Assembly (NCBI GenBank): GCA_030390025.1
Contig: CM059437.1
Location: 54,746,001 to 54,810,000, forward strand
Source: Squalus acanthias
Lineage: Eukaryota
DNA length: 64,000 bases
Direction of reading: 5' to 3'
Shown: positions 49,423 through 62,896 of the stretch, piece after piece
Layout of the letters: every line of letters starts with the position of its first letter
Numbering within the stretch: the stretch's first letter is position 1
Notes under the pieces: generated by a model
Told to the model about the DNA's origin: nothing
Database searches by the model: none
Seen by the model: only the letters and a program-made list of their open reading frames with translations
Translations under genes and position numbers: made by a program

Positions 49423-49819
49423 GGGGGAATCCAAAGCCAGGGGTCATAAATATTAGATAGTCAATGAAAAAGCAATAAATAATTCAGGAGTAACTTCTTT
49501 ACCCAGAGAGTGGTTAGAAGATGGAACTTTCTAACACATGGAGTGGTTGAGGCGAATAGCAATGATGCCTTTAAGGGGAAGCTAGATAAGTACATGAGGG
49601 AGAAAGGAAGAGAAGGATATGCAGATATTGCTAGATGAAGTAGATAGGAGGCTCGTGTGGAGCATAAACATCTGCATAGACCAGTTGGGCCCAATGGCCT
49701 GTTTCTGTGCTGGATATTCTTTGTAATTCTATAATAATCTAAGGAAGGTAATCGTGGTTGAGCATTATTAAACTTCCATCATAATATTCTTACTAAGTTT
49801 CGACTACACATTAAAAACA

Positions 49820-52800
49820 GAAGGGGAACAGATAGGCATTTCTGTGCACACAGGCATGACTCCAGGATGGTATGTTGCCTCCCTGGTGCCAGGGTCAAGG
49901 ATGTCACTGAGTTGCTGCAGGACACTCTGAGGGGGGAGGGTGAACAGCCAGAGGTCATTGTCCATATCGGTACCAACGACATAGGCAGAAAGAGGGATAA
50001 GGTCCTGCAGGCAGACTATAGGAAGCTGGGAAAGAGATTAAAAAGCAGGACCTCAAACAACAACAACAACAACAACAACTTGTATTTATAGAGCGCCTTT
50101 AATGTAGTAAAACGTCCCAAGGTGCTGCACAGGAGCATTTTAAGACAAAAAATTGGACACCGATCCACATAAGGATAAATTAGGGCAGGTGACCAAAAGC
50201 TTGGTCAAAGAGGTAGGTTTTAAGGAGCGTCTTAAAGGAGGAAAGAGAGGTAGCGAGGCAGACAGGTTTAGGCAGGGAATTCCAGAGCATAGGGCCTAGG
50301 GCAGCAGAAGGCACGGCCACCAAAGGTTGAGCGATTATAATCAGGGATCCTCAAGAGGGCAGAATTAGAGGAGCGCAGATATCTCAGGGGGTTGTGGGGC
50401 TGAAGGAGATTTCAGAGATAGGAAGGGGCGAGGCCATGGAGGGATTTGAAAACAAGATGAGAATTTTGAAATCGAGGCGTTGCTTAACCGGGAGCCAATG
50501 TAGGTCAGTGAGCACAGGGGTGATGGGTGAACGGGACTTGGTGCGAGTTAGGACAAGGGCAGTCGAGTTTTGGATGACCTCAAGATTACGTAGGGTGGAA
50601 TGTTGGAGACCAGCCAGGAGTGCATTGGAATAATCAAGCCCAGAGGTAACAAAGGCATGGATGAGGGTTTCAGCAGCGGACGAGCTGAGGCAAGGGCGGA
50701 GACAGGTGATGTTACAGAGGTGGAAGTAGGCAGTCTATGTTATGCTGCGGATATGTGGTTGGAAGCTCATTTCAGGATCAAATATGACACCAAGGTTGCG
50801 AACAACGTGGTTCAGCCTCAGACAAATGTTAGGGAGAGGGATGTACTCAGTGGCTAGGGAATGGAGTTTGTGGCGGGAACTGAAAACAATGGCTTCGGTT
50901 TTCCCAATATTTAATTGGAGAAAATTTCTGCTCATCCAGAACTGTATGTCGGACAAGCAGTCTGACAATTTAGACACCGTGGAGCGGTCGAGAGAAGAAG
51001 TAGTGAGGTAGAGCTGGGTGTCGTCAGCGTACATGTGGAAACTGACGCTGTGTTTTCAGATGATGTCACCAAGGGGCAACATGTAGATGAGAAATAGAAG
51101 GGGGCCAATGATAGATCCTTGGGGGACACCAGAGCTAATGATGTGGGAGCGGAAAGAGAAGCCATTGCAGGTGATTCTCTGGTTACAAATAAATAGATAA
51201 GACTGGAACCAGGCAAGTGCAGTCCCACCCAGCTGGACGATGGTGGAGAGGCATTGGAGAAGGATGGAGTGGTCAAAGGTAGTAATCTCGGAATTTCTCC
51301 CGGTGTCACGTGCTAGTGAGTACAGGACTAGGAGGATAGAACAGATGAATGCATGGCTTAACAGATGGTGCAGGAGGGAGGGCTTTAGATTCCTGAGGCA
51401 TTGGGACCGTTTCTGGGGAAGGTGGGACCTGCACAAGCCGGACAGGTTACACCTCAACAGAGCTGGGACCAATATTCTCGTGGGGAAGTTTGCTGGTGCT
51501 GTTGGGGTGGTGGTTAAACTAGCTTGGCAGGGGGATGGGCACCAGCATATAGGAATAGAAAAGAGGAATAAGGTGCATAAAAGAGTAAGTGTGTTGGATA
51601 GTACGAGAGAAGAAAGTAGTACTAGAGGCGGAAGAAGTACCATATTAGATAGGAGCAGACTTAGAAAGAATACAAAAAATTCAAAAATCGGTTTAGAATG
51701 CATGTACGTAAACACACAAAGTGTAGTGAATAAGGTTAGTGAGCTACAAGCACAATTAGCCGTGTGGCAATATGATGTTGTGGCAATAATGGAAATGTGG
51801 CTTAAAAACGGTGAGGACTGGGCACTTAATATTCAAGGGTACATGGTGATCAGAAAAGATAGGGAAGGAAAAAAGGTAGGTGGGGTAGCAGTGCTGATTA
51901 AGGAAGGCATTGTAGTATTTGAAAGGGAGGATGTTGTTGAGGGGACAAGGACAGAATACATTTGGTTAGAGTTGAGGAGCAAAAAGGGTATGATCACGCT
52001 ATTGGGAGTATTCTATAGGCCTCCAAATAGTGAGAGGGAAGTAGAGGAGCAAATCTGCAGGGAAATCGCAGAGATATGTATGCTAAAGAGTGGTGATATT
52101 GGGGGGACTTTAATTACCCAAATATCGATTGGAATAATGCTAGGGTAAAGGGAAAGGAGGGGGAGGAATTTCTGAAATGTGTTCAGGAGAAGTTCCTTGA
52201 CCAATATGTTCTTGGCCCAACTAGGAAGGAGGCATTGCTGGATCTGGTGCTGGGGAATGAGGTGGGCCAGGTCGATCAAGTGTCTGTGGGAGAACACTTG
52301 GGTATGAGTGATCATCGTATCATAAGATTTAGATTAGCAATGGAGAGGAGCAAGGAACAATCTAGAGTGGAACTTCTAAACTGGAATAGGGCTAACTTCA
52401 ATGGGATGCGAAAGCATCTAGCCAGGGTAAAATGGAACCAAAGACTGACAGGAAAAACTGTAACGGTACAATGGGTGATCTTTAAGGAGGAGATTTCCAA
52501 GTACAGGCTAGGTACATTCCAGCAGCAGAGAAGGGTAAGGGAACCAAAGTAAGGGCTCCTTGGATGACGAGGGAGATAGAGAAGATGATGAAAGAAAAAA
52601 AGAGGGTGTACGATGCATGTCAGGTGAATTCTTTAAGGCAGAACCAGACCAAATACAATAAGTTGAGAGGGGATGTGAAGATGAAAATAAGATTGACAAC
52701 GAGAGAATATGAGAGTAGAATGGCAGTTAACATAAAAGGAAACCCAAAATTCTTCTACCGACATGTAAACAGTAAGCAGGTAGTAAGAGGCGAGGTGGGG

Positions 52801-54550
52801 GCTATTAGGGACAAAGAAGGTGATATATGCTTAGACAAGCAGGGCAAGGCTAGTATACTCAATGAATGCTGACAAAATATCGGTAGAAGTTGAAAAGGTA
52901 GGAGCAATCGAAGGGGTGAAAATTGATAGACAGGAAGTACTAGAAAGGCTGGGTGTGCTTAGAGTGGATAAGTCGCCTAGTCCAGATGGCTTGCATCCCA
53001 GGTTGCTAAGGGAATTGGGGGAGGAGATAGTGGAAGGGCTTGCCATAATTTGCCAATCTTCCCTAGATATGAGGAAGGTGCCTGAGGATTGGAAAGTGGC
53101 AAATGTGACACCATTGTTCAAGAAAGGGTATAAGGACAATCCTCATAACTACTGACCGGTCAGTTTAACATCCGTGGTGGGTAAAGATTCAGAAACAATA
53201 ATCAAGAAAAAAATTAACGGGCACTTGGAGAGGTTTAAGCTAATTAAGGAGAGCCACCATGTATTTGTAAAAGGCAGATCGTGTTTGACTAATCTAATTG
53301 AAATTTTTGATGAAGTAACAGGGAGGGTTGATGAAAGGAATGCAATGGATGTTGTCTACATGGATTTTAGGAAGGCGTTTGACAAAGTACCACATAGAAG
53401 GCTGGTTAACAAAATTGAGGCTCGTGGAATAGATGGGTCAGTGACAGCTTGGATAAGCAATTGGCTTAAGGATAGAAAACAGCGAGTTGTGGTAAATGGC
53501 TGTTTTTCAGATTCGAGGATGGTAGACAGTGGTGCTCCCCAAGGGTCAGTGCTGAGACCGCTGCTATTTTGATATATATAAATGACCTGGATATTGGAAT
53601 ACAGGGTAGAATTTCTATATTTGCCAATGTCACCAAACTTGGGGTGGGGGTGGGGTCGGGTGGCAGACAATGAGGACGATACCAATCGACTGCAGCATAG
53701 AATGGCTAGCAGAATGGGCAGACAAGTGGCAGATCGAATTTAATACAGAGAAGTGTGAGGTGTTGCATTTTGGCAAAGGAACAGGGAGAGGCAATATACA
53801 CCTAATGGCACAGTTTTAAAGAGTTTGCAGGGACAGAGGGACCTGGGAGTTAATGTGCATCGGTCCCTGAAGGTGGCAGGACATATTGAGAGAGTGGTCA
53901 GCAAAGCATATGGGATCTTGTGCTTCATAAATAGAGGTATTGAGTACAAAAGCAGAGAAGTTATGCTGAATCTTTATAAAGCGCTGGTGAGGCCACAAGT
54001 GGAGTATTGCGTCCAGTTCTGGTCACCACACTTTAGGAAGGATGTGAAGGCCCTTAATAGGGTGTAGAGGAGATTTACCAGAATGGTTTCGGGGATGGGA
54101 GATCTTAGCTACAACTACAGGTTGGAGAAGCTGGATTTGTTTTCATTAGAGCAAAGGAGGTTGAGGGGTGATTTGATAGAGGAGTACAAGATTATGGCGG
54201 GTTTGGATAGGCTAGACAGGGAAAGGCTTTTCCCACTAGTTGATGGTACAAGGACTAGGGGACACAGATTTAAGGTTTTGGGCAAGAGATACAGGGGGGA
54301 TGTGAGGAAAACCTTTTTTACGCAGCGAGTGGTGAGGACTTGGAACTCGCTGCCGACGGAAGTGGTGGAAGCGGAGACACTCAATGTTTTCAAGGAGAGA
54401 CTGGATAGGCACTTGAGGGAAATAAACTTGCAGAGCTACGGGGATAGAGCGGGGGAATGGGGCTGACTGGATTGCTCTACAGAGAGCCAGCACGGTCTCG
54501 ATTGGCCTAATCGTCTCCTTCTGTGCCGTTATGACCCTATGACTCTATGA
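49820..54550 (+). mobile_element. Long CR1 LINE (ORF1 esterase part + degenerate ORF2) in the J-C intron of gene B
   Basis: CCLPGARVKD, HIGTND (SGNH esterase), endonuclease and RT fragments, TATGACTC tail. Confidence 0.9.
50058..51272 (-). mobile_element. L2-clade LINE 3' portion nested in CR1 ORF1
   Basis: GVPQGSIIGPLLFLIYMLPLG, YADDTQLY, FLQLNIGKTE; (TTG)n tail; TCAAA duplicated at 50053-50057 and 51273-51277. Confidence 0.85.
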
Positions 54551-54858
54551 CACAAGGTTAAAGAAAGAAAAACTATGATCTTCAGGCTTTAATCCAAGTA
54601 AGAGTGAATAGTCTTTCAGTTTTTAATTTTTGTTCTAAATGCATGGAGCCCTCGGATTTTCTTCAATTCATTATATAGTGTTCTAGATCTACGAACCCTG
54701 TGATTAGTTACAGCATTACCTATCTCCCATTGTAGCATTCTTAAGCTTGTAAAGTGGTACCGAGTTTTAAAACTTTGGAAAAGTAAAACGTTGAATTTCG
54801 ACTTCTTACATCCAATTCAGGGTGGATCTTCACAGGTTGTTTCTACTTTTCCTTTCAG

Positions 54859-55181
54859 ATCCGCGGGCCCCCTCGGTGTCTGTCCTTCCGCCTTCATCCG
54901 ATCAAATCGCAGCAAAGAACACGGCGACCCTGGTGTGTTTGGTGAACGGTTTTAACCCGGGCGCTGTGGAGATTGAGTGGACTGTCGATGGCAGTGTCAG
55001 AGGGAATGGTGTTGAGACCAGTCGGATCCAGCAGGAGACGGACAACACGTTCAGTGTGAGCAGTTATCTGACTCTGCCAGCCTCAGAGTGGAACTCACAC
55101 GAGCTTTACTCCTGTGTGGTTAAACACGAGACTCAGGAAAACCCGCTTCAAACAAGTATCGCCAGATCCAGCTGTATCTGA
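54859..55181 (+). CDS. IGLC: Ig light chain gene B, constant exon
   Basis: 323-nt exon, TTTCAG acceptor, both domain cysteines and terminal Cys; AATAAA at 55400-55405. Confidence 0.95.
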
Positions 55182-55925
55182 TTCATGAATCTTATGTAAT
55201 CGTCTTTTATACCATTAGTAAAATTTCTTTGAACAAAGTTCGATTTTAAAGGCTAGATGCTTAATTTCAATTGCTGTATTTCAAATCATAACGATAAATG
55301 TGCCACTAGTTTGTTTGCTTGAATCCACTGGGTGTAACTTAAGAGTGTGTTGATTCTGTTGTCATCACACCTTCTCTATCAATGGAAATGCAACAGAGTA
55401 ATAAAATTACTGTTCTACTGTCTCAGATAATGTCACTATTTTCTTGCTGTAATTCTCTCCGAATTTATAACAATTTTAAAACATCCAAATCGCTATTTTC
55501 AATTTTTCCTGTAAATTTACATAAAACCGCCAAACTTTCGGTAGACATGGCGATTTTACAGAACCGATGGGTGACGTGGTAGAGGCTAAATTTGGTGGGT
55601 ATATTGAGTGAACTGCATTGTGTTTAATTGTGATTGCATTTAATATTCTATCTTGTTCTTAATGACCTCAGTGACAAACCATATAAATACCAAAATTACG
55701 TTATATTATACTCGTTGGAAAGGTAGCTCCAGCCGAATGAGAATATAATTCACGTTCACGTAATTAAAGGATCTATCCTATACTCATACGAAACATTCAC
55801 ATACTAGAGAGCATTTTGAACCCATTTTCATTGCATTTGCCGGGACACGAACAGTATAAAGTCCCCTTTTGTGTAAAAAGGTTAACGAAAGGCAAAGGTG
55901 TCTCCTTTCTGACCAAATGTGTCGC

Positions 55926-57240
55926 TGTGGAGTGTTCGGAGCTGTACATAGAAAATGGCTAAGTTAGAATAGCTTGACAGGACCAGAATGCATTATGGTT
56001 GAATGCATTGGGAATGACTACGGTTGCTATGGGACAAGCTAGTTATGGGATAATGGAAAGTACAACAATGAGCTCATCACAGCTACGTAAGAGAACAGGC
56101 TTAAGAGATCTTGAGATAAGAGAACTGGGACCATCTCCTACAGATAAGCTTGGAACAAGGGAGGCAAAGATTGCGGTTGAGAGGGAGGTCCAAAGGCAGA
56201 ACTACTACAACTCAAGTTCAGCTATGCCTGTTTGCTAATCTGTATAAATATGAATGATTAGTAACACATGTTCAGCCCCAGCACTGCAAACTGCCATGAA
56301 TGGTATAGTTTGTATTTCCCAAGTAGACATTCTACTTGTGAAAAATATAAACATATATCACTCACTTGTAGTCTCAGTCCGCTGTCAAATATCAATAAAC
56401 ACCTGTCAATGTATCACTTACTCATGGGTCTTAGAATCTGTTAATTACTATTTATACCACCGTGTTGGCGACCTGTTGCAGGATACTAAATCGTGGTTGT
56501 TTGACCAGCGACTTATTTGATCAGGGACTGATCATCCCTGAACCAACCCCAACGCATACTAGAGAGAATTCAGGAATACGAATTGAAGTTGAAGTTAATA
56601 GAAAGTAGAGGTAATGGAGAAGTTAGGAGAATATGTACACAAATGCCTCGCCAGACACTGGTGGCCCTCTGACGGTAGGGGACTTGATGGGGAACATCGA
56701 CGCCCTGAGCGAGTTGGTTCAGGTTCTAGAAAAGAGCTCTTTGGTGCAGGAAAGAATTATAAAAGTTACACCAAAGCAGCGGTGTTGCAAGGTTTGTTCG
56801 CCGTTGCTAAGGCAGTTACAGACGAGAATAAGAAGCTAAGACCTAGTATAAACGAATAGAAGGATGATCAGCAAAGAGTGTGTGTAACCTGCCAAAAACT
56901 AATAACACAACTAGAATAGTGCTCAAAACATTGCAAGAAGTTAAAGGAAATTGTGCAGGAAAAGGATGAGGAGTACCAGGGGTTAAAGTGAGCCGTTAAA
57001 CATTAGACAGCGTCTGTGATGTAGTTAGGTAAAGAAACCTTGGCTATTCACATGGAGTGTAACCAAAGAATTGGGAGACAAGAGAAATAAATTAAAAGCC
57101 CACAAGGTTTATAACCACGAGGTTTTCACTATCAGGAACGGATGAACGGGGCGAGTCTCTTTTCTCTTAGCTAGACCGGCCCATTGGCCTCCTTCCCTTT
57201 TTCCCAATGTGAAGCGCCCAAACTAAAAGCAATGGGATGT
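55926..57240 (+). mobile_element. Truncated LTR retroelement: putative 5' LTR (~55926-56461), PBS-like site, decayed gag-like region
   Basis: TATAAA near 56244, AATAAA at 56394-56399, TGGCGACCTGTTGCAGGAT at 56466-56484 (tRNA-Ser-like PBS shape), then broken ORFs from 56614. Confidence 0.45.
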
Positions 57241-57954
57241 GACGAACAGTCGTTGTAACAGCTGGAGTATTTCCTTATCTTCTTATTCTATATCTATTTT
57301 AGATAATATTCAACATTCTATTCGCTTTTTGGTGACATTTTTTCATCTGCAAGCTAGCCTTTAATAATATATCTACGTGGATCCCAAATCCGTTGTCTGT
57401 GGAGCAGTGTATTCGTATTTAGACTCTATTCTGATTTGTTATTTTCCTATCCAATATGTTCGACTTCACACTGTGTTACCTGAAACTGTCATGGTTCCAC
57501 GCACTCTACATCCTTTTGCAAAATTCTGATCTCTTCTTCATACATCACTATGGATTGCAGTTGAATATCACCTGTAAAACTGGTTTTAGTTCCTTTTTTA
57601 AATCCAGGCCATTTATAATGGGTTGAAATGTTGGAGCCTCAGCGAGAAAGCAACAAGGAGATTTACTAAAGATTTTTTTAAATTAATTATGAAAGGTTTT
57701 GACAGATTAAATGGTGAAACCCTATTTGCTCTGATTGGGAAATCAGTGACGAGAGGCATCCATTTAAAATTATCACTAAGAGAATAAAGAGAGAGATTAG
57801 GAGAAAGGTAATTGTGCAAACATTTATTGGAGTAGGTATTGCTTTGCCACCGACAGTCTTTGAGGGAGAGACAATTGCATCTCTAAAGCGAAAATTGGAA
57901 AAATATTTGATTGAGGGAGATACCCTGAATGTGAAAAGAAAGAGTAGTGGGATC

Positions 57955-60900
57955 AGTAGTTGACGTGGAGCGGTCTGCTCAGAGCGGGATTAAATGGAGT
58001 GGATTGAACAGAGTGTTTTATTTGGGAATTTGGAAAGAGTGAGAATTCGGAGAAGAGGGGGAAGGAGATGTAGCTTTTTGCCTAACACAACTTGTGGTGC
58101 TTTGTGTTACAGGTAGATATATAATTTCAGTACCCTTAACTTAATCTAGATCAAGTAAGTAGTCAAGAAACTACAGTGTAAACTAAGTTACCTAATTACA
58201 AATTTAATTAAATAAAACAAGGTCATATAGAGATGGGAGTGCAGGTAGTGTGCCGCAACTGCAGCATGTGGGAGTTTGTGGAGAGCATTGTGATCCTGGA
58301 CAACCACGTTTGAAGTAAGTGCTTGCATCTTGAGGAATTTCAGCTCAGAGTTTTTGAGTCTGAGGTGCAGACATTGCGGGGCATCGGGGTTGGGGAGAGT
58401 TACCTGGACACTTTGATCCAGGTGGCAGTCACACCCCTTAGGTTAGGTAATGCTCCAGGCCTGGTTAGTGGTCAGGGACAGGAGGGTGTGACTGCAACTC
58501 AGGCAGGTAAGGGGACCCCAGCTGCTGTGCTGGAGGAGCCTCAGTCTTTGCCCTTGTCCAACAGGTATGAGGTTCTTGCTGCCTGTGTGGATGAGGGAAA
58601 AGCTTGCAGGATGAATGAGAAAGCTGACCATGGCACCATGGTGCATGAGGCAATTCAAGTGGGGGGAGTGAAAGGGAATGTAGTTGTGGTAGGGCACAGT
58701 ATAGTCAGGGGGATAGATATTGTTCTCTGCAGCCGTGAACGAGAGTTCCGAAGGTTGTGTTGCCTGCCTGGTGCCAGGGTTAAAGACATCTCCTCACGGC
58801 TGGAGAAGAACTTGGAGTGGGAGGGGGAGGATCCAGTTGTTGTGGTCCATGTAGGAACCAACGACATAGGTAGAACTAGGAATGAGGTTCTGCTGAGGGA
58901 GTTTGAGGAGCTAGGATCCAAATTAAAAAGCAGAACCTCAAAGGTAATAATCCCTGCATTGTTACCTGAGCCACGTGCAATTTGGCATAGGGACAAACAG
59001 ATTTGATATTTAAATGCATGGCTCAAAAATGGTGTGGGAGGTAAGGGTTTCAGATCATGGGGCACTGGCACCAGTACTGGGGAAAGAGGGAGCCGTTCCA
59101 TTGGGACGGGCTCCACTTAAAACGGGCTGGGACCAGTGTCCTGGTGAACCAAATAACGAGGACAGTAGACAGGGCTTTAAGATAATGAAGGGAAGGGGTG
59201 GTGGTGGACGGATTCAGGAAATAGCATATGTAAATGCAGCGAGAGAAATGTCAAGGCTCTAGAGCAGAGTAGAGTTTTGGGTAAAAATAAGCAGAGTGGG
59301 TCAGGAAGGGACAGAGAGAGCAACAAAGGCATCAGTGACTAAGGTGACATCAGGGGAAAATAGAAATAAGTAAAATCTAAAGGCACTATATCTGAATGCA
59401 TGAAGCATTCGTACCAAAATAGATGAATTAATAGCGCAGATAGAAATTAGCAGGTTTCATCTAATAGCAATAATGGAGACGTGGTTGCAATGTGGCCAAG
59501 CTTGGGAACTAAATATTCCAGGATACTTAACTTTTAGAAGTGATAGGCAAAATCGAAAAGGAGGAGGGGTAACCCTGATAATAAAAGATGGGATAAAGAC
59601 AGTAGAGAGAAAGGATCTTAGCTCCGAAAATCAAGTAGTTGAATCCGTTTGAGTGGAGCTAAGAAACAGCAAGGGGCAGATAACATTGGTGGGAGTTGTT
59701 TATAGGCCCACAAATAGTACTTGTAATGTAGGGCAGAGTATAAATCAGGAAATTAGAGATGCATGTAACAAGGGTAATGCAGTAATCATGGGGGACATTA
59801 ATCTACATATAGACTGGGCAAACCAAATTTGCAGTAATAATGTGGAGGACGAATTCATGGAATGTATCCAAGATAGTTTTCTAGATCAGTATGTTGAGGA
59901 ACCAACTAGGGAACTGGCTATTTTAGATCTAGTATTGTGCAATGAGAAAGGGTTAATTAATAACCTTGTAGTAAAAGGGCCTTTAGGGAAGAGTGACCAT
60001 AATATGATAGAATTTTATATTCAGTTTGAAAGTGATTTAGTTAAATCTAAATAAAGCAAACTACGTAGGTGTGATGGGCGAGTTGGCTAAGGTAGATTGG
60101 GAAACTACATTAAAAAGTATGATGGTAGACAAGCAATGCCTAGCATTTAAAGAATTAATACATAATTTACAACAAATATACATTCCTTTAAAGCACAAAA
60201 ACCCCACAGGAAAAGTGGTCCAACCGTGGCTAACAAGAGAAGTTAAAGATAGTGTTAGATCAAAGGATGAGGCTCATAATGTTTCCAAAAAGAGTAGTAA
60301 GCCTGAGGATTGGGAGGATTTTAGAATTCAGCAAAGGAGGGCCAAGAAATTGATAAAGAAAGGGAAAATAGAATATGAGAGTAAACTAGCGAGAGACATA
60401 AAAACAGACTGTAAAAGCTTCTATAGGTATGTAAAAAGGAAAAGATTAGCAAAAGTAATTGTGGGTCCCTTACAGGCTGAGACAGGAAAAATTATAATGG
60501 GGAATAAGGAAAAGGCAAAGAAATTAAACAAATACTTTGTATCTGTTTTCACAGAAGAAGATGCAAAAAACGTTCTGGAAATATTGGAGAACCAAGGCTC
60601 TAGTGAGAATGAGGAACTGAAAGAAATTAGTATTAGTAAAAAAATAGTAATGGGACTGAAAGCTGATGAATCCTCTGGACCTACATCCTACATCCTAGGG
60701 TTTTGAAAGAGGTGGCTATAGATTTAGCGGATCAATTAGTTCTCATTTTCCAAAATTCCTTAGATTCTGGAATGTTTCCCGCAGAGTGGAAGGTAGCAAA
60801 TGTAACCCCACCATTTAAGAAAGGAGGAAGAGAGAAAACGGGGAACTACAGACCAGTTAGCCTGACATCAGTAGTAGGGAAAATGCTGGAATCTATTATT

Positions 60901-62244
60901 AAGGACGTGGTAACAGGGCACTTAGAAAATAATAATAGGATTGGGCAGAGTCAACGCGGATTTATGAAAGGGAAATCGCGTTTCACAAATCTCTTGGAAT
61001 TTTTTGAGGTTATAACTAGCAGAAATGATAAGTGGGAACCAATGGATGTGGTGTATTTGGATTTTGAGAAGGCATTCGATAAGGTGTTACACATGAGTTT
61101 ATTAAACAAAGTTTGGGCTCATGGGATGGAGGGTAATATGCTAGCATGGATTGAGGATTGGTTACCGGACAGAAAACAGAGAGTAGGAATAAACTGGTCA
61201 TTTTCGGGTTGTCAGGCTGTAACTAGTGGGGCACCGCAAGGATCAGTACTTGGGCCTCAGCTATTCACAATCTACATCAATGATTTGGATGAAGGGACCA
61301 AATGTAATATATCCAAGTTTGCTGATGATACACAGGTGGGTGGGAATGTAAATTCTGAGGAGGATGCAAGGAGGTTTCAAGGGGATATGGATAGGCTAAG
61401 TGAGTGGACAAGAACATGGCAAATTGAATATAATGTGGAGAAATGTGAAGTTATCCACTTTGATAGGAAAAATAGAAAAGCAGAGTATTTTTTAAATGGT
61501 GAGATTGAGAAATGTTGGTGTTCAGAGGGATCTGGGTGTCCTTGTACACGAATCACTGAAAGTTAACGTGCAGGTCCAGCAAGTAATTAGGAAAGCAAAC
61601 GGTATGTTGTCCTTTATTACAAGAGGATTTGAGTATAAGAGTAAAGACATCTTACTGCAATTAGATAGGGCCCTGGTGAGACCACACCTGGAGTATTGTG
61701 TACAGTTTAGGTCTCCTTACCTAAGGAAGGATATATTTGCCGTGGAGGGAGTGCAGCAAAGGTTCACCAGACTGGTTCCTGTGATGGGGGGATTGTCGTT
61801 TGAGGAGAGATTGAGAAGACTAGGCCTATATTCTCTAGAGTTTAGAAGAATGAGAGCTGATCTCATTGAAACATACAAAATTCTTACAGGGCTTGACAGG
61901 GTAGATGCAGGGAGGATGTTTCCCCTGGCTGAGGAGTCTAGAACCAGGGGTCACAGTCTCAGAATAAGGGGTCAGCCATTTAGGACTGAGATGAGGAGAA
62001 ATGTCTTCACTCAGAGGGTGGTGAATCTTTGGAATTCTCTAACCCAGAGGGCTGTGGAGTCTCAGTCGTTGAGTATATTCAAGACAGAGATCGATAGATT
62101 TTTGAATATTAAGGGAATCAAAGGATATAGGGATAGTACAGGAAAGTGGAGATGAGGTAGAATATCAGCCATGATCTTATTGAATGGCAGAGCAGGCTCG
62201 AAGGACCAAATGGCCTACTCCTGCTCCTATTTCTTATGTTCTTG
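57955..62244 (+). mobile_element. Near-full-length CR1 LINE (5' UTR, ORF1 zinc finger + esterase, ORF2), degenerate
   Basis: ORF1 from ATG ~58233 (VVCRNCSMWE, VHVGTND); ORF2 fragments 59186-62155; 3' UTR and TTCTTATG tail. Confidence 0.92.
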
Positions 62245-62896
62245 CTCTGGCAAATAGCGAATTGCTCTGTAAACTTCTAAATATATGCAGAAAATTACCT
62301 TTAACTAAATTACAAGTAGGAAATGGGGGCACAGATTCAAAACAATACAATGGAAATTCAGGATTCAGATCAAGATGGTTTTCTTCACAGAAAGTGTGAT
62401 CAATACTTGAAAGAGACTTCCAGACACAATAGTAGCGATGATAACTCTGGAATCATTTAAGAGACAATTGGATCAGAGCAGCGGAGAAACCGTAGAGTAT
62501 TTCTGGATGAATTGACGAAGACAACTTTAAATGGCCTTCCTTGTCAGTAATTACCTTTTGATCAAAGCACTCGAGGCGATATACAAAAGGTTCAAAATCT
62601 TGATTCCTTGTGTCCGAAGGCTGCGCTATTGAGAAAAAGTAGAAAAATTGAGACTCTTCAATCCTAAAAGGAGAGTAAAAAAGCCCCCTACATATTTATG
62701 TAAGATACTAGCATTACAGATTTAACTACAACACTACTTCAAGTTAAACCATCACTGTAGAACAAGGGGAAAAGAAAATCTCTAAGACTGTCAGGAACCG
62801 CTTGTTCAGGCAAAGAGTAACTGCTACTAGTAATAATCTGCTGGCTAATGAAGACCAAACCTCTGGAATCATTCAGAAGGCAGTTTGAGGCTGTGA

